Part shown: in pieces, positions 28,728-36,923 of the stretch | Numbering within the stretch: position 1 is the first letter of the stretch | Layout of the letters: every line of letters starts with the position of its first letter | DNA from: Gammaproteobacteria bacterium | GTDB taxonomy: Bacteria; Pseudomonadota; Gammaproteobacteria; Arenicellales; Poriferihabitantaceae | Direction of reading: 5' to 3' | Length of the DNA: 43,360 bases | NCBI GenBank assembly: GCA_022826305.1 | Contig: JAJDVC010000071.1 | Span: forward strand, 1-43,360 | Notes under the pieces: model-generated | Databases searched by the model: none | What the model was told of the DNA's origin: nothing | What the model saw: only the letters and a program-made list of their open reading frames with translations | Made by a program: the position numbers and the translations under genes

Positions 28728-29912
28728 CTACTTCCTGACAAGAATAGAGGGATCGGTGGGCAGTAATCCATCCACGACGGGACAAATATCGCCAGTACGG
28801 AGCAGCATGACCTGTTCCCGGGCACGCGCCACCATTACATAGAAACGTGCCTTGAGCGCATGAGGATCGCGTTTGGGCTGGTGTTGGTCGATATCAGCCA
28901 GGATGACGGTATCAAACTCCAGGCCCTTGCAGGACTGGGCGTTTATGACCATGATGCCGCCCTGTCCGAAGTTCGGCAATTCCTGCTGACCGGAAACAAA
29001 GGTCTGGATCGGCGATTTGTCATTGTCCAGTTCTGGATTGGCGCAACGAAGCGCGTCATCGAATTTCGTCCGCACCTTGTTGTCCGGAGTAATGATTCCG
29101 ATCAGCTTGCGGGGATTGCGGTCGCTCAACTGGAGGATATTGTCTGCAATATCAGCCAGTGTTGCCGTGTTTCCCGTGCCATAAGTCCATAACTCCGGCA
29201 CCGTGGCAGCAGGCATGAGATCGGGCAGGTCCGGCCTTGGACTGGCCGGATCCGCTGGGTAAAAGTGCCGGGCGAGCAGCGCGACAGGATACGCGTTCCG
29301 ATAGTTGGTTTTCAGTTCCAGCGTGTCATCGGGTTCAATGGCCAGCGTGTTTTGAATATCCTGGCGAGAGCTGCACTTGTCGGGGTGAATCTGCTGGTTC
29401 TGGTCGGCTGCCACGTAGAAATTCTCGAATCCCAGGTAAGTCAGTGTTCGATAAAAGGCTGGCGGCATATCCTGTCCCTCATCGATCACCAGAAACTTAT
29501 CGCCTTGATTTTCGATGTTATCCAGCGATTGGACCTGTTGTTCGACGGCATTCCAGTCTATTGGTCGATATCCTCCCGGATCATCTGGCTCAAGCGTGGA
29601 AACGGATCCGAAAAAATGACTGCAGATGTTGCGGAACCAGGAATCCCATGTCTGGGCGGAGAATGTGTGTTCACTACCGAACAGATAACGGTTTGAATGA
29701 TTCAGCAAGTGATTGTAAACGAGAGTACGGTAGTTCTTGTCGTTCTGTGCGAGGCGTCGCGCCCGCAGCAACGCCACCACCGACTTCCCGGTGCCAGGGC
29801 CGCCGACGATCAGGTGTTGCCCCTCCACTGGCAACGCCAGCGCCTCATCCTGATCCTTGTTCAGGTCATGAATGCCGGGGAGGCTGAATCGGCGGGTACG
29901 ATCAACCGGCAT
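28728..29912 (-). CDS. Compact SF1 (UvrD/Rep-like) P-loop ATPase
   Basis: ATG at 29912 (Met42 of ORF 28728..30035) lies 2 nt after the DrmB-like stop. The product is 394 aa. Motifs seen: VGGPGTGKS, FLVIDEGQDMP, LKTNYRNA, SCKGLEFDTVIL and FYVMVARARE. Confidence 0.85.
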   Translation of the reverse strand: MPVDRTRRFSLPGIHDLNKDQDEALALPVEGQHLIVGGPGTGKSVVALLRARRLAQNDKNYRTLVYNHLLNHSNRYLFGSEHTFSAQTWDSWFRNICSHFFGSVSTLEPDDPGGYRPIDWNAVEQQVQSLDNIENQGDKFLVIDEGQDMPPAFYRTLTYLGFENFYVAADQNQQIHPDKCSSRQDIQNTLAIEPDDTLELKTNYRNAYPVALLARHFYPADPASPRPDLPDLMPAATVPELWTYGTGNTATLADIADNILQLSDRNPRKLIGIITPDNKVRTKFDDALRCANPELDNDKSPIQTFVSGQQELPNFGQGGIMVINAQSCKGLEFDTVILADIDQHQPKRDPHALKARFYVMVARAREQVMLLRTGDICPVVDGLLPTDPSILVRK

Positions 29913-29914
29913 GT

Positions 29915-31738
29915 TCAGTTTGTCCCGAAGAATGAAGGCAGCCCGTCGGCAGCATCGCCCTTGACGAATCCGCGATCCAGCAGGGTATTGCCGTATTCGC
30001 AGGCAGGTTCCGGTACCAGCGTACAGGCATGACATGCAGCGCGGTTCAGCAGGCCTGGTCCTTGACCTTCATGCCTGCTGCAAACCGGATCAAGCGAACA
30101 CCAGCGTGAATGCTCCAGTGCTCGAATCAGGATGCCCAGAAAGCGTCGGGGTTCGCTCAGTTCAGCCAGGCCGCCCAGTGAACCGGCGATATCAGGAACG
30201 GCAACATGGATGAGGATACCGGCCATGGGCTCGAGTGCATTGGCGCAATAGATGCGCTCGATCAGCGCCGCCGCCGGATAACCACCCTCGGACTCGATTT
30301 GTCGCATCAGCAGGTGTGACAACGTGTGCAGTAACATGAAGCGCGTTGTTACCGGATTGGGGTCATCCCGACCGGATTGGGCAAATCGGGGAAGCAGTTG
30401 ATCCAGTCGCGAAACAATCGTCGGTGTTTGCTCCCATTCCTTGAGCCGATCCTCATCAAGCGCAAGGAAAATACCCTCTCCGTACAACTCTATGGCTGGC
30501 AACCAATCGGATTTCCCCACGATGTCCGGTGGTACCACTTCCTCTCCTCCCAGGCGGGTAAAACCCCTGAATACCTTCACCGCCTTCAGGCGATCCACAC
30601 GGACAAGATGGCGGATGCCCCGGACAATTTTCCGCTCATCAGCATCCAGATCGACCGCCATACCCAGTTCACGCCACTCCTCACTCCTGTTGCAGGTCAC
30701 CAGGTCTTCGTCCTCGCGCTGGTCGGGCAGCACCTCCAGGAATGCCCTGAACTCGCTTTCCCGCAATTGTCCTGGCGTAAGGTTCTCGCCATACAGGGGA
30801 TAGCCGCTGTCAAGATTGGCCAATGCAGTTTCGATATCGTTGAGGGTACAGCGATATTTCGTCGTCAGTTCCCGCAGGATGCCTTTTCTCGCCAATGGAA
30901 CTCTTGCACTGTCTATGCGACTACGATCACCGGAATTGCGGTACAGGCGATCCACGACGGTTCCCTTGCGCACACGGGATTCCGGCGGAATCACCAGAAC
31001 GGATTCAGCGACTGGTTCGTAAACCCGCGTGTCATTGATCGCCAGCACCTGCGCCTGATCCTTGTCACCTTCTTGCGTGAATTCCATCGGCGAAACCAGA
31101 TCCTCCCTGGTCCATGGCTGCATCCGACCCTGACCAAAGCCCACTCGTTCATCGCCACGAAACCTCGTTGCGGTGCGGCAGGCGCCGCACCGCAATATGC
31201 GTTCTTCGTAGCCACGTTCAATCAACCGTAATTGATCCTGCACCTTGCAGTTGCGTTGCGACGGATCACGGGTCCCTTGATGCGCGAGAAAATGCCAGGG
31301 CACATCGGCAAGGTACCCTTCGGGATGTCCCAGCACCCAGGGCACCTGCTCCAGCTTCGGGTGACGCCTGCAATCCTGATGACTGCAATGGTGTGCGTGA
31401 TCGGGCTGATTGTTCCGCCATGGCCAACGATACATGGCGCCACAGGCCGGGCAGCGCATCCAGGAGGGGAATCGCGTTGCCGGTACACTGGTGCCATCCA
31501 CCCGTCCATTCGCCAGTTCCCTTGCCACTGGTGGCTTGCACAATTGCTCCTTGATGCCCAGCGCGGCACGCACGCGCTCCACATACGGAATCGGCTCGCC
31601 AGCGGGGATACCCTGGCGGTCCGTCCATTGCCGGGTGTCCTGAACGACCACGAGTCCATTCGGCCCACGCACGATTGCCCCGATACCGCTATAGCCGATC
31701 AGGTGTGACAGGCGTATCGGAATCAGTTCATTGTCCAT
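29915..31738 (-). CDS. DUF1998-domain protein, DrmB-like
   Basis: 607 aa. The C-terminus reads LLHTLSHLLMRQIESEGGYPAAALIERIY ... WCSLDPVC ... AACHACTLVPEPACEYGNTLLDR, which is the DUF1998 four-Cys module. N-terminal Zn-ribbon-like pairs are also present (CPACG...HHCSHQDC and RCGACR). Confidence 0.85.
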   Translation of the reverse strand: MDNELIPIRLSHLIGYSGIGAIVRGPNGLVVVQDTRQWTDRQGIPAGEPIPYVERVRAALGIKEQLCKPPVARELANGRVDGTSVPATRFPSWMRCPACGAMYRWPWRNNQPDHAHHCSHQDCRRHPKLEQVPWVLGHPEGYLADVPWHFLAHQGTRDPSQRNCKVQDQLRLIERGYEERILRCGACRTATRFRGDERVGFGQGRMQPWTREDLVSPMEFTQEGDKDQAQVLAINDTRVYEPVAESVLVIPPESRVRKGTVVDRLYRNSGDRSRIDSARVPLARKGILRELTTKYRCTLNDIETALANLDSGYPLYGENLTPGQLRESEFRAFLEVLPDQREDEDLVTCNRSEEWRELGMAVDLDADERKIVRGIRHLVRVDRLKAVKVFRGFTRLGGEEVVPPDIVGKSDWLPAIELYGEGIFLALDEDRLKEWEQTPTIVSRLDQLLPRFAQSGRDDPNPVTTRFMLLHTLSHLLMRQIESEGGYPAAALIERIYCANALEPMAGILIHVAVPDIAGSLGGLAELSEPRRFLGILIRALEHSRWCSLDPVCSRHEGQGPGLLNRAACHACTLVPEPACEYGNTLLDRGFVKGDAADGLPSFFGTN

Positions 31739-31741
31739 GTG

Positions 31742-34700
31742 TCATAACGCCTTGAGCAGTGCGGTGTCTTCGACGTTGCGCAGGGATTGCAGGGCCACCC
31801 ACAGGCCACGAATCGGGTCATCATGGTTGTACAACAGGCGATCGCGCCCATTGTCCTTTTCGGGAACCTGGTACTCCAGCCGTCTTTGATCTTCCCGGCA
31901 ACGCTTGATCTCGCCCGTCCATTCGGCAATCAGGTAGTCGATATGCCTGCTTACCTCATCGACCTGATCGGGCGCTGACAGTACGCAACGTCGTTTGAAT
32001 TGTTCAATGGCCCTGGAAACTCTCGAATCTTCCGGATCAAGGCTGTCGGCGGAACGGTTATGCAACAATCCGGTCGCACCGTGTCGCATCACGATGACCA
32101 ACGCCGCCGGCAGGGCGCGCAGGCGGGCCTGGTAGGTATAAGGCGTGACGCTGGTAGGCTCGACAAAGCGGTAGAAGGCTTCATGGTAAGGGCGGAAGCT
32201 CTCGTAGTGTGACAGGCTGCGAGCCTGTTCACGGTAGTAGTTCGCGAATACCACGCCAGTCGCCGCGCCGCGCCCCACGCGGCTGCTGGCCTGAATGTAC
32301 TCCGCTGTGGTCAGTGGCTGACCGTTGATGATCATCAATGCCAATCGAGCCACGTCAAGCCCGACGGAGATCATGTTGGTGGCCAGCACGGCGTCCAGGC
32401 AGCCATGCTCTTCGCGCGTCCTGCCCAATCGGGAAAAAATCTCTGCATTCTGCGTCGCCGTCTGCAGGCTGGTCAGCTGTGCAATGCGCGGCGTAGAGCG
32501 TTCCTGTCTTTCCACCTTTCCGTCTTCCTGAGCCTGACCGACCATTGTACTGGACAACAGCCGCATGAAATCGCGCACATCGCTCGCAAAGGCCGTGTGA
32601 CTGTTCCCCACCCCCCTTAGACTGCCGTGATACACCACCTGCGTCCACCAGGCATCCAGCAGTTCCCGCTCGTGCTGATCACCCTCAAACAGCACGAGCG
32701 GAGCCAGCAGCAATGCTGCCGCCAGCGGTGCCAGGCATCTCTGACGATTCAGCATCGGCGCAAGATAGCCCACGTAGATTCGGCCCGGGCGTTGATCCAG
32801 AGGCACGGTACGGGCGAAATAGGCATCGTCGCAACTCAGTCCCGGAGGCGGAAACACGGCGACTTCGCGTCCATACAGTCGTTTCACCTGCTGGTCCGCC
32901 ATGCGGATGGTGGCGGTCGATGCAATGTACTTTGGATAGACACCACGCAATTGAAGCACGGTGTCGATGGCGGCTTCGTACAGACCGGCCACCGAACCCA
33001 ACGCACTGGCTATCAGATGCAGTTCATCCTGGATGATCAGTTCCGGTGGTCGATGCTGCGTGCCTCCCAGGAACGCATTGGCACGTTCTTCCCAGGCCAG
33101 CCTCGCGAACTTGTCCACCGTGGCGACCAGCATGGTCGGCGGTTCGGCATACAGGGCTTCATCAACGATATTGCAAGGAAGCACGCCATCCGGGGACACG
33201 CCGAAGCCGCAGTCCGGGTTCCGGCAAAGGAAATGGAAATGTTGCGTGGTGCTGTCGTAGTTGCGGTCTGCCTCAAAGTCCTGCCCGCACCAGGGGCAGT
33301 GGTCGATTGCCAGCTCCGGTTTTTCGTTGGCGGCAATCGCCTTCCTTACCAGTTCGGCGGCTTTCTGGAAGGAGTTGGGGCTGGTGGCCTCTCCCACCCA
33401 CATGCCTATGTTGATCGGCGCGGAACCAAGATCATCGCGTTCGCGCCGTATCAGTTCCAGCGCACAGATCAGGCGGGCGGCGCGCATGAACTGGTCGCGG
33501 GTCAGCAGGCGCAGGGTATAGCGCATCAGGACCGCGGTGCCGCCCCCGGTATCGGGATGGCGAAGACGCCGCAGCGTGATCTGGAATGCGATCAGGCCGA
33601 GGTAGGCTTCGGTCTTGCCGCCGCCCGTCGGAAACCAGATCAAGTCGACCGCATCTCGGAATTCGTTGTCTTCGTTTGCCACGGATTCCAGAGTGGTCAA
33701 CAAGAAGGCCAACTGGAACGGACGCCAGCGATAGGCGCCGTCAGCGCAGGATTTGCCCTGAAGACGATCATGCTGACGCATCTGATCCAGCATGGCGCGA
33801 TTGGTCAGGGCAAGGGCCAGCCGTGCCTGTGCATTGGCGCCCAGCAGGCGCATGCCTGCACGCATGCGCGAGACGGCTGTGTTCATCCGCCCGACCATGT
33901 GTCTTGCGACTGAACGATCATCGGCTGGAAGGTCCGGGATTCTGCCCTGTTGGCTGACAACCCAGTTCGCATATCCGCTTATGAAATCGTCCAGCTCGGG
34001 CAAGAGGGTTGCGTGAGCGTTGTCGATGTCCGCCAGTCTCACCAGCGATAGTACAGGCTCGCCGCCTGATCCGGTATCCGCCGTCATCTGCGGAACCTCC
34101 ACCACCGGCATCGTTTCGGAGCGCAGTTCAGTGACCTTCCCGTCCTTCACCTCCCAGTCGGCGGCGCAACCATGCCCGATGGCGTAAATGTGTCGTTGGG
34201 CGTACTGGAGTTCGATTTCCTGTTCTTCCCGGTCCAGCAGGCTTCGGTCGATGCGAGGATAGACACCGACATCGCCGGCGTCGATCACGCAGTGCAGACT
34301 GGCCTCGAACAGGGTCTTTTCCGCGCGTTCGTAGACGTAGTCGCTACCAGTCGCGCTGTCTGCAAGCTCCTGAGCATTGCAAAGGGAAACCGTGACGATC
34401 CAGCCATCGGCGAAGTGACGCCACTGGATGTCCACGTGCGCCTTGCCTGCCAGTTTTGAAAAGCTCTGGCGCTGATCATTTCCAGGACAGCTGATGTTCT
34501 CGAACTCCAGGAAATCCCCTTGCCCGGAAATCAGGTCCCTGCGTTTCCATTCGTTTTTGTATTGTCCTCTTTCATTTCGCCCTGTGCGTTCATACCTGAC
34601 GGCATGGCACAACACCTGGAACCGGATATCCTCGCCCCTGACAAAAAACGAGAAACCCAGTGACGATGGTGGAATGTAACGTCGCACAACAGCAGGTTCG

Positions 34701-34933
34701 GTTGTGTTTTCTCCCACACCATCAGTAGCACCCTCAATTTCACCAACATCTTCACCAGCAGGGTCAATGCCTTCGCCCCATCTGGATGTGGGGTAAAGCG
34801 CACCGCAAGGGAAACGCTCCGTGGGTAGCACGCCACGGAAATCCGGGCTATCAGCCACAGGATCAAGTGGGCCGATCAATTGATGGCTTACCCAGTCAAT
34901 CAGCCTCTTTCGTGGTTCAGTGAACATCGTCAT
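31742..34933 (-). CDS. SF2 DEAD/DEAH-box helicase, DrmA-like
   Basis: 1063 aa. Motif I is FPTGGGKTEAYLG, motif II is IIQDELHLI, and motif VI is YIQASSRVGRG. A Zn-ribbon insertion reads HCPWCG...FLCRNPDCGF. About 440 aa of N-terminal region has no motif I can name. Confidence 0.85.
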   Translation of the reverse strand: MTMFTEPRKRLIDWVSHQLIGPLDPVADSPDFRGVLPTERFPCGALYPTSRWGEGIDPAGEDVGEIEGATDGVGENTTEPAVVRRYIPPSSLGFSFFVRGEDIRFQVLCHAVRYERTGRNERGQYKNEWKRRDLISGQGDFLEFENISCPGNDQRQSFSKLAGKAHVDIQWRHFADGWIVTVSLCNAQELADSATGSDYVYERAEKTLFEASLHCVIDAGDVGVYPRIDRSLLDREEQEIELQYAQRHIYAIGHGCAADWEVKDGKVTELRSETMPVVEVPQMTADTGSGGEPVLSLVRLADIDNAHATLLPELDDFISGYANWVVSQQGRIPDLPADDRSVARHMVGRMNTAVSRMRAGMRLLGANAQARLALALTNRAMLDQMRQHDRLQGKSCADGAYRWRPFQLAFLLTTLESVANEDNEFRDAVDLIWFPTGGGKTEAYLGLIAFQITLRRLRHPDTGGGTAVLMRYTLRLLTRDQFMRAARLICALELIRRERDDLGSAPINIGMWVGEATSPNSFQKAAELVRKAIAANEKPELAIDHCPWCGQDFEADRNYDSTTQHFHFLCRNPDCGFGVSPDGVLPCNIVDEALYAEPPTMLVATVDKFARLAWEERANAFLGGTQHRPPELIIQDELHLIASALGSVAGLYEAAIDTVLQLRGVYPKYIASTATIRMADQQVKRLYGREVAVFPPPGLSCDDAYFARTVPLDQRPGRIYVGYLAPMLNRQRCLAPLAAALLLAPLVLFEGDQHERELLDAWWTQVVYHGSLRGVGNSHTAFASDVRDFMRLLSSTMVGQAQEDGKVERQERSTPRIAQLTSLQTATQNAEIFSRLGRTREEHGCLDAVLATNMISVGLDVARLALMIINGQPLTTAEYIQASSRVGRGAATGVVFANYYREQARSLSHYESFRPYHEAFYRFVEPTSVTPYTYQARLRALPAALVIVMRHGATGLLHNRSADSLDPEDSRVSRAIEQFKRRCVLSAPDQVDEVSRHIDYLIAEWTGEIKRCREDQRRLEYQVPEKDNGRDRLLYNHDDPIRGLWVALQSLRNVEDTALLKAL

Positions 34934-35058
34934 TACACTTTAATCCCGTCAAACCGTCATGTTGCCGGTGGTGAACACCCCGACCCATGTCAACCTGAGC
35001 TTCACACCCTCCCGGCCGTTCCCGAATTCCCTGATCATGGAAAACATGGAGCAGGGAG

Positions 35059-35886
35059 TCAGGAGCCCTCCAGATCGACATCCAGGATCCGGTGCCCCCA
35101 TTGCTGCTTGGCGGACAGGTAGTGACGGTTCCAGTCATTCACGCCGACAACCAGTTTCTCGATCTGCATCCGGGTGAGTCCGGCCTGCTCCAGATCCTGT
35201 ATCTTCTTCGGATTGTTGGTCATCAGGCGAAACGGGCGATCACCGAGAAAATGCAGGATCAGGGCCGCCGCATCGGTAAAATCCCTGGAATCGGGCGGCA
35301 GGCCCAGCGACTCGTTCGCCTGATAGGTGTTCTCTCCGGAGTCCTGGAGCAGGTAGGTGGCGGCCTTGGCCCACAGCCCTATTCCCCGCCCTTCATGGCC
35401 AGCCATGTAGATGACCAGTCCTCCCGATTCCTCCTGCGTGATACGCTTGACGGCGCTGGCCAGCTGGACACCGCATTCGCATCGCCTTGATCCGAACACG
35501 TCTCCGGTCAGGCAGTTGGAATGAACCCTGACCAGCGGATTTTCCGCTTCCAGCGGATTGCCGATGATCAGGACGCTGTTCACGGCCATCGGCGAGGCGA
35601 GCGTGGCGAAGAGGTATTGTCCTGCGTTTCTCCGCAGTTTTTCCGCCAGATCCTCCACCTTGTCGAGTTCAGCGCTCCGTACGGCTGCATACCAGTTGGC
35701 CTGGCACTCGAAGTCCTGGAGCGACAGCGGGAGCGGGATGGGCCCGAGCAGGCTTATCACCGGTTCGCCATGCGGGGGAAGGGTGTCCGCGCCAAGCAGG
35801 GCGCCCGAAAGGTCGATTCGCTGAAACTTGCCCTCGGAAATCAGCTTCTTTCGCACCGAAGGATTCAGATAGGTAAACACGGTCAT
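35059..35886 (-). CDS. GTP cyclohydrolase II (RibA) family protein with an extended N-terminus
   Basis: 275 aa, against about 196 aa for E. coli RibA. The Zn-Cys triad context is VRVHSNCLTGDVFGSRRCECG. HEGRGIGL and LMTNNPKK are also seen. Confidence 0.8.
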   Translation of the reverse strand: MTVFTYLNPSVRKKLISEGKFQRIDLSGALLGADTLPPHGEPVISLLGPIPLPLSLQDFECQANWYAAVRSAELDKVEDLAEKLRRNAGQYLFATLASPMAVNSVLIIGNPLEAENPLVRVHSNCLTGDVFGSRRCECGVQLASAVKRITQEESGGLVIYMAGHEGRGIGLWAKAATYLLQDSGENTYQANESLGLPPDSRDFTDAAALILHFLGDRPFRLMTNNPKKIQDLEQAGLTRMQIEKLVVGVNDWNRHYLSAKQQWGHRILDVDLEGS

Positions 35887-36003
35887 GTCATGCTGGTTCT
35901 TGATTCGTGGACGATATTAAGATAGATGTAGGGCAAGTTCCAGCGAATCGGGGATGCTGGCGGCATTCCGGTCGCCATCGGTTCCGGTTCATCGGTTCTT
36001 GAG

Positions 36004-36906
36004 GTGCACGGGATGGTTCGACAATCCGGAAAATCGGTACAAGGCAGCGCCATCGGGCAGCTTGCCAGACGGGACAACATTCACGGCGTGATACACATTG
36101 CCGGCCATTTCCTGTTGATGGGGTTGTGTGCCGGATTTCTCGCCCTGGCCGAAGAACCCTGGTCGAGGGGATTCTGGACGCTGACCTTGGGGGGCCTGCT
36201 GGTGTTCCTGTTTGCTCCTCTGCACGAGACCATCCACAAGACCGCTTTCAGGTCCATGTTGCTGAACCGGATGGTCGCTCATCTGTGCGGTTTCCTGATC
36301 TTTCTTCCGCCGAACTATTTCCGTGCATTCCACATGGCGCATCACCGCTATACGCAGCTTCCCGGCAAGGATCCGGAATTGGCCACACCCAAGCCCCGGT
36401 CCATGCGAGAGTATCTGATCTACCTGACCGGCCTGGTCTATTGGAAGGCGCAGGGGCGTATGCTGGTGCTGTATGCGCTCGGACTCAGGCGGGACCGGTT
36501 CGTGAGCGCCGGCAAGCATGGGAAGGTGGTGCGGGAGGCCAGGGTCTACCTCGTGCTGTATCTGGCGATCCTTTTCGCCAGCCTGTATCTGGAGTCATCA
36601 TGGGTGCTGCAATACTGGATTCTGCCGCTGATCGTCGGCCAGCCCTTTCTCCGGAGCTTCCTGCTCGCCGAGCACACGCTGTGCCCGGAGGTTTCCGGGA
36701 TGATGGAAAACACCCGCACCACGCTGTGCAATCCCGCGCTTCGCTGGTTGTGCTGGAACATGAACCATCATGTCGAGCACCACGCATATCCTGCCGTTCC
36801 CTTTCACGGCCTGCCTGCCGCCCATCTGCATATGCGGGATGGAATTACGCATCTTGCCAGCGGGTATCTGCAGGTGCACAGGCAGGTTGTGGCTTCCTTG
36901 CGCTGA
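36004..36906 (+). CDS. Membrane fatty-acid desaturase family protein
   Basis: Three His boxes are present: HETIH, HMAHHRY and HHVEHH. Hydrophobic segments lie between them. The start is GTG 36004 or ATG 36013. Confidence 0.8.
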   Translation: MHGMVRQSGKSVQGSAIGQLARRDNIHGVIHIAGHFLLMGLCAGFLALAEEPWSRGFWTLTLGGLLVFLFAPLHETIHKTAFRSMLLNRMVAHLCGFLIFLPPNYFRAFHMAHHRYTQLPGKDPELATPKPRSMREYLIYLTGLVYWKAQGRMLVLYALGLRRDRFVSAGKHGKVVREARVYLVLYLAILFASLYLESSWVLQYWILPLIVGQPFLRSFLLAEHTLCPEVSGMMENTRTTLCNPALRWLCWNMNHHVEHHAYPAVPFHGLPAAHLHMRDGITHLASGYLQVHRQVVASLR

Positions 36907-36923
36907 CTCGACAAGTTCCCGCG

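Noticed and set aside
32627-33913. 428-aa plus-strand ORF antisense to the DrmA-like gene. Similar long antisense ORFs lie at 26029..27159, 11996..13231, 15963..17222, 18357..19901, 22008..23264, 36804..38210 and 10643..11656.
   Set aside because: All lie opposite ORFs with clear family motifs. They are Arg/Pro/Gly/His-rich with no recognisable motifs, as expected for stop-poor shadow frames in GC-rich DNA.
34934-35058. Search for a promoter or operator in the 125-nt spacer upstream of the DrmA-like gene. A TTGACA occurs on the minus strand.
   Set aside because: No acceptable -10 hexamer lies at 16-19 nt spacing, and there is no clear dyad. The transcription start is left unassigned.
36126-36923. 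N-terminal 266 codons of the 773-aa ORF 36126..38447, which would fuse onto the HAL-like protein.
   Set aside because: This part overlaps the desaturase gene (three His boxes) in another frame and is Arg/Pro/Ala-rich. HAL-family similarity begins only after the ATG at 36924.
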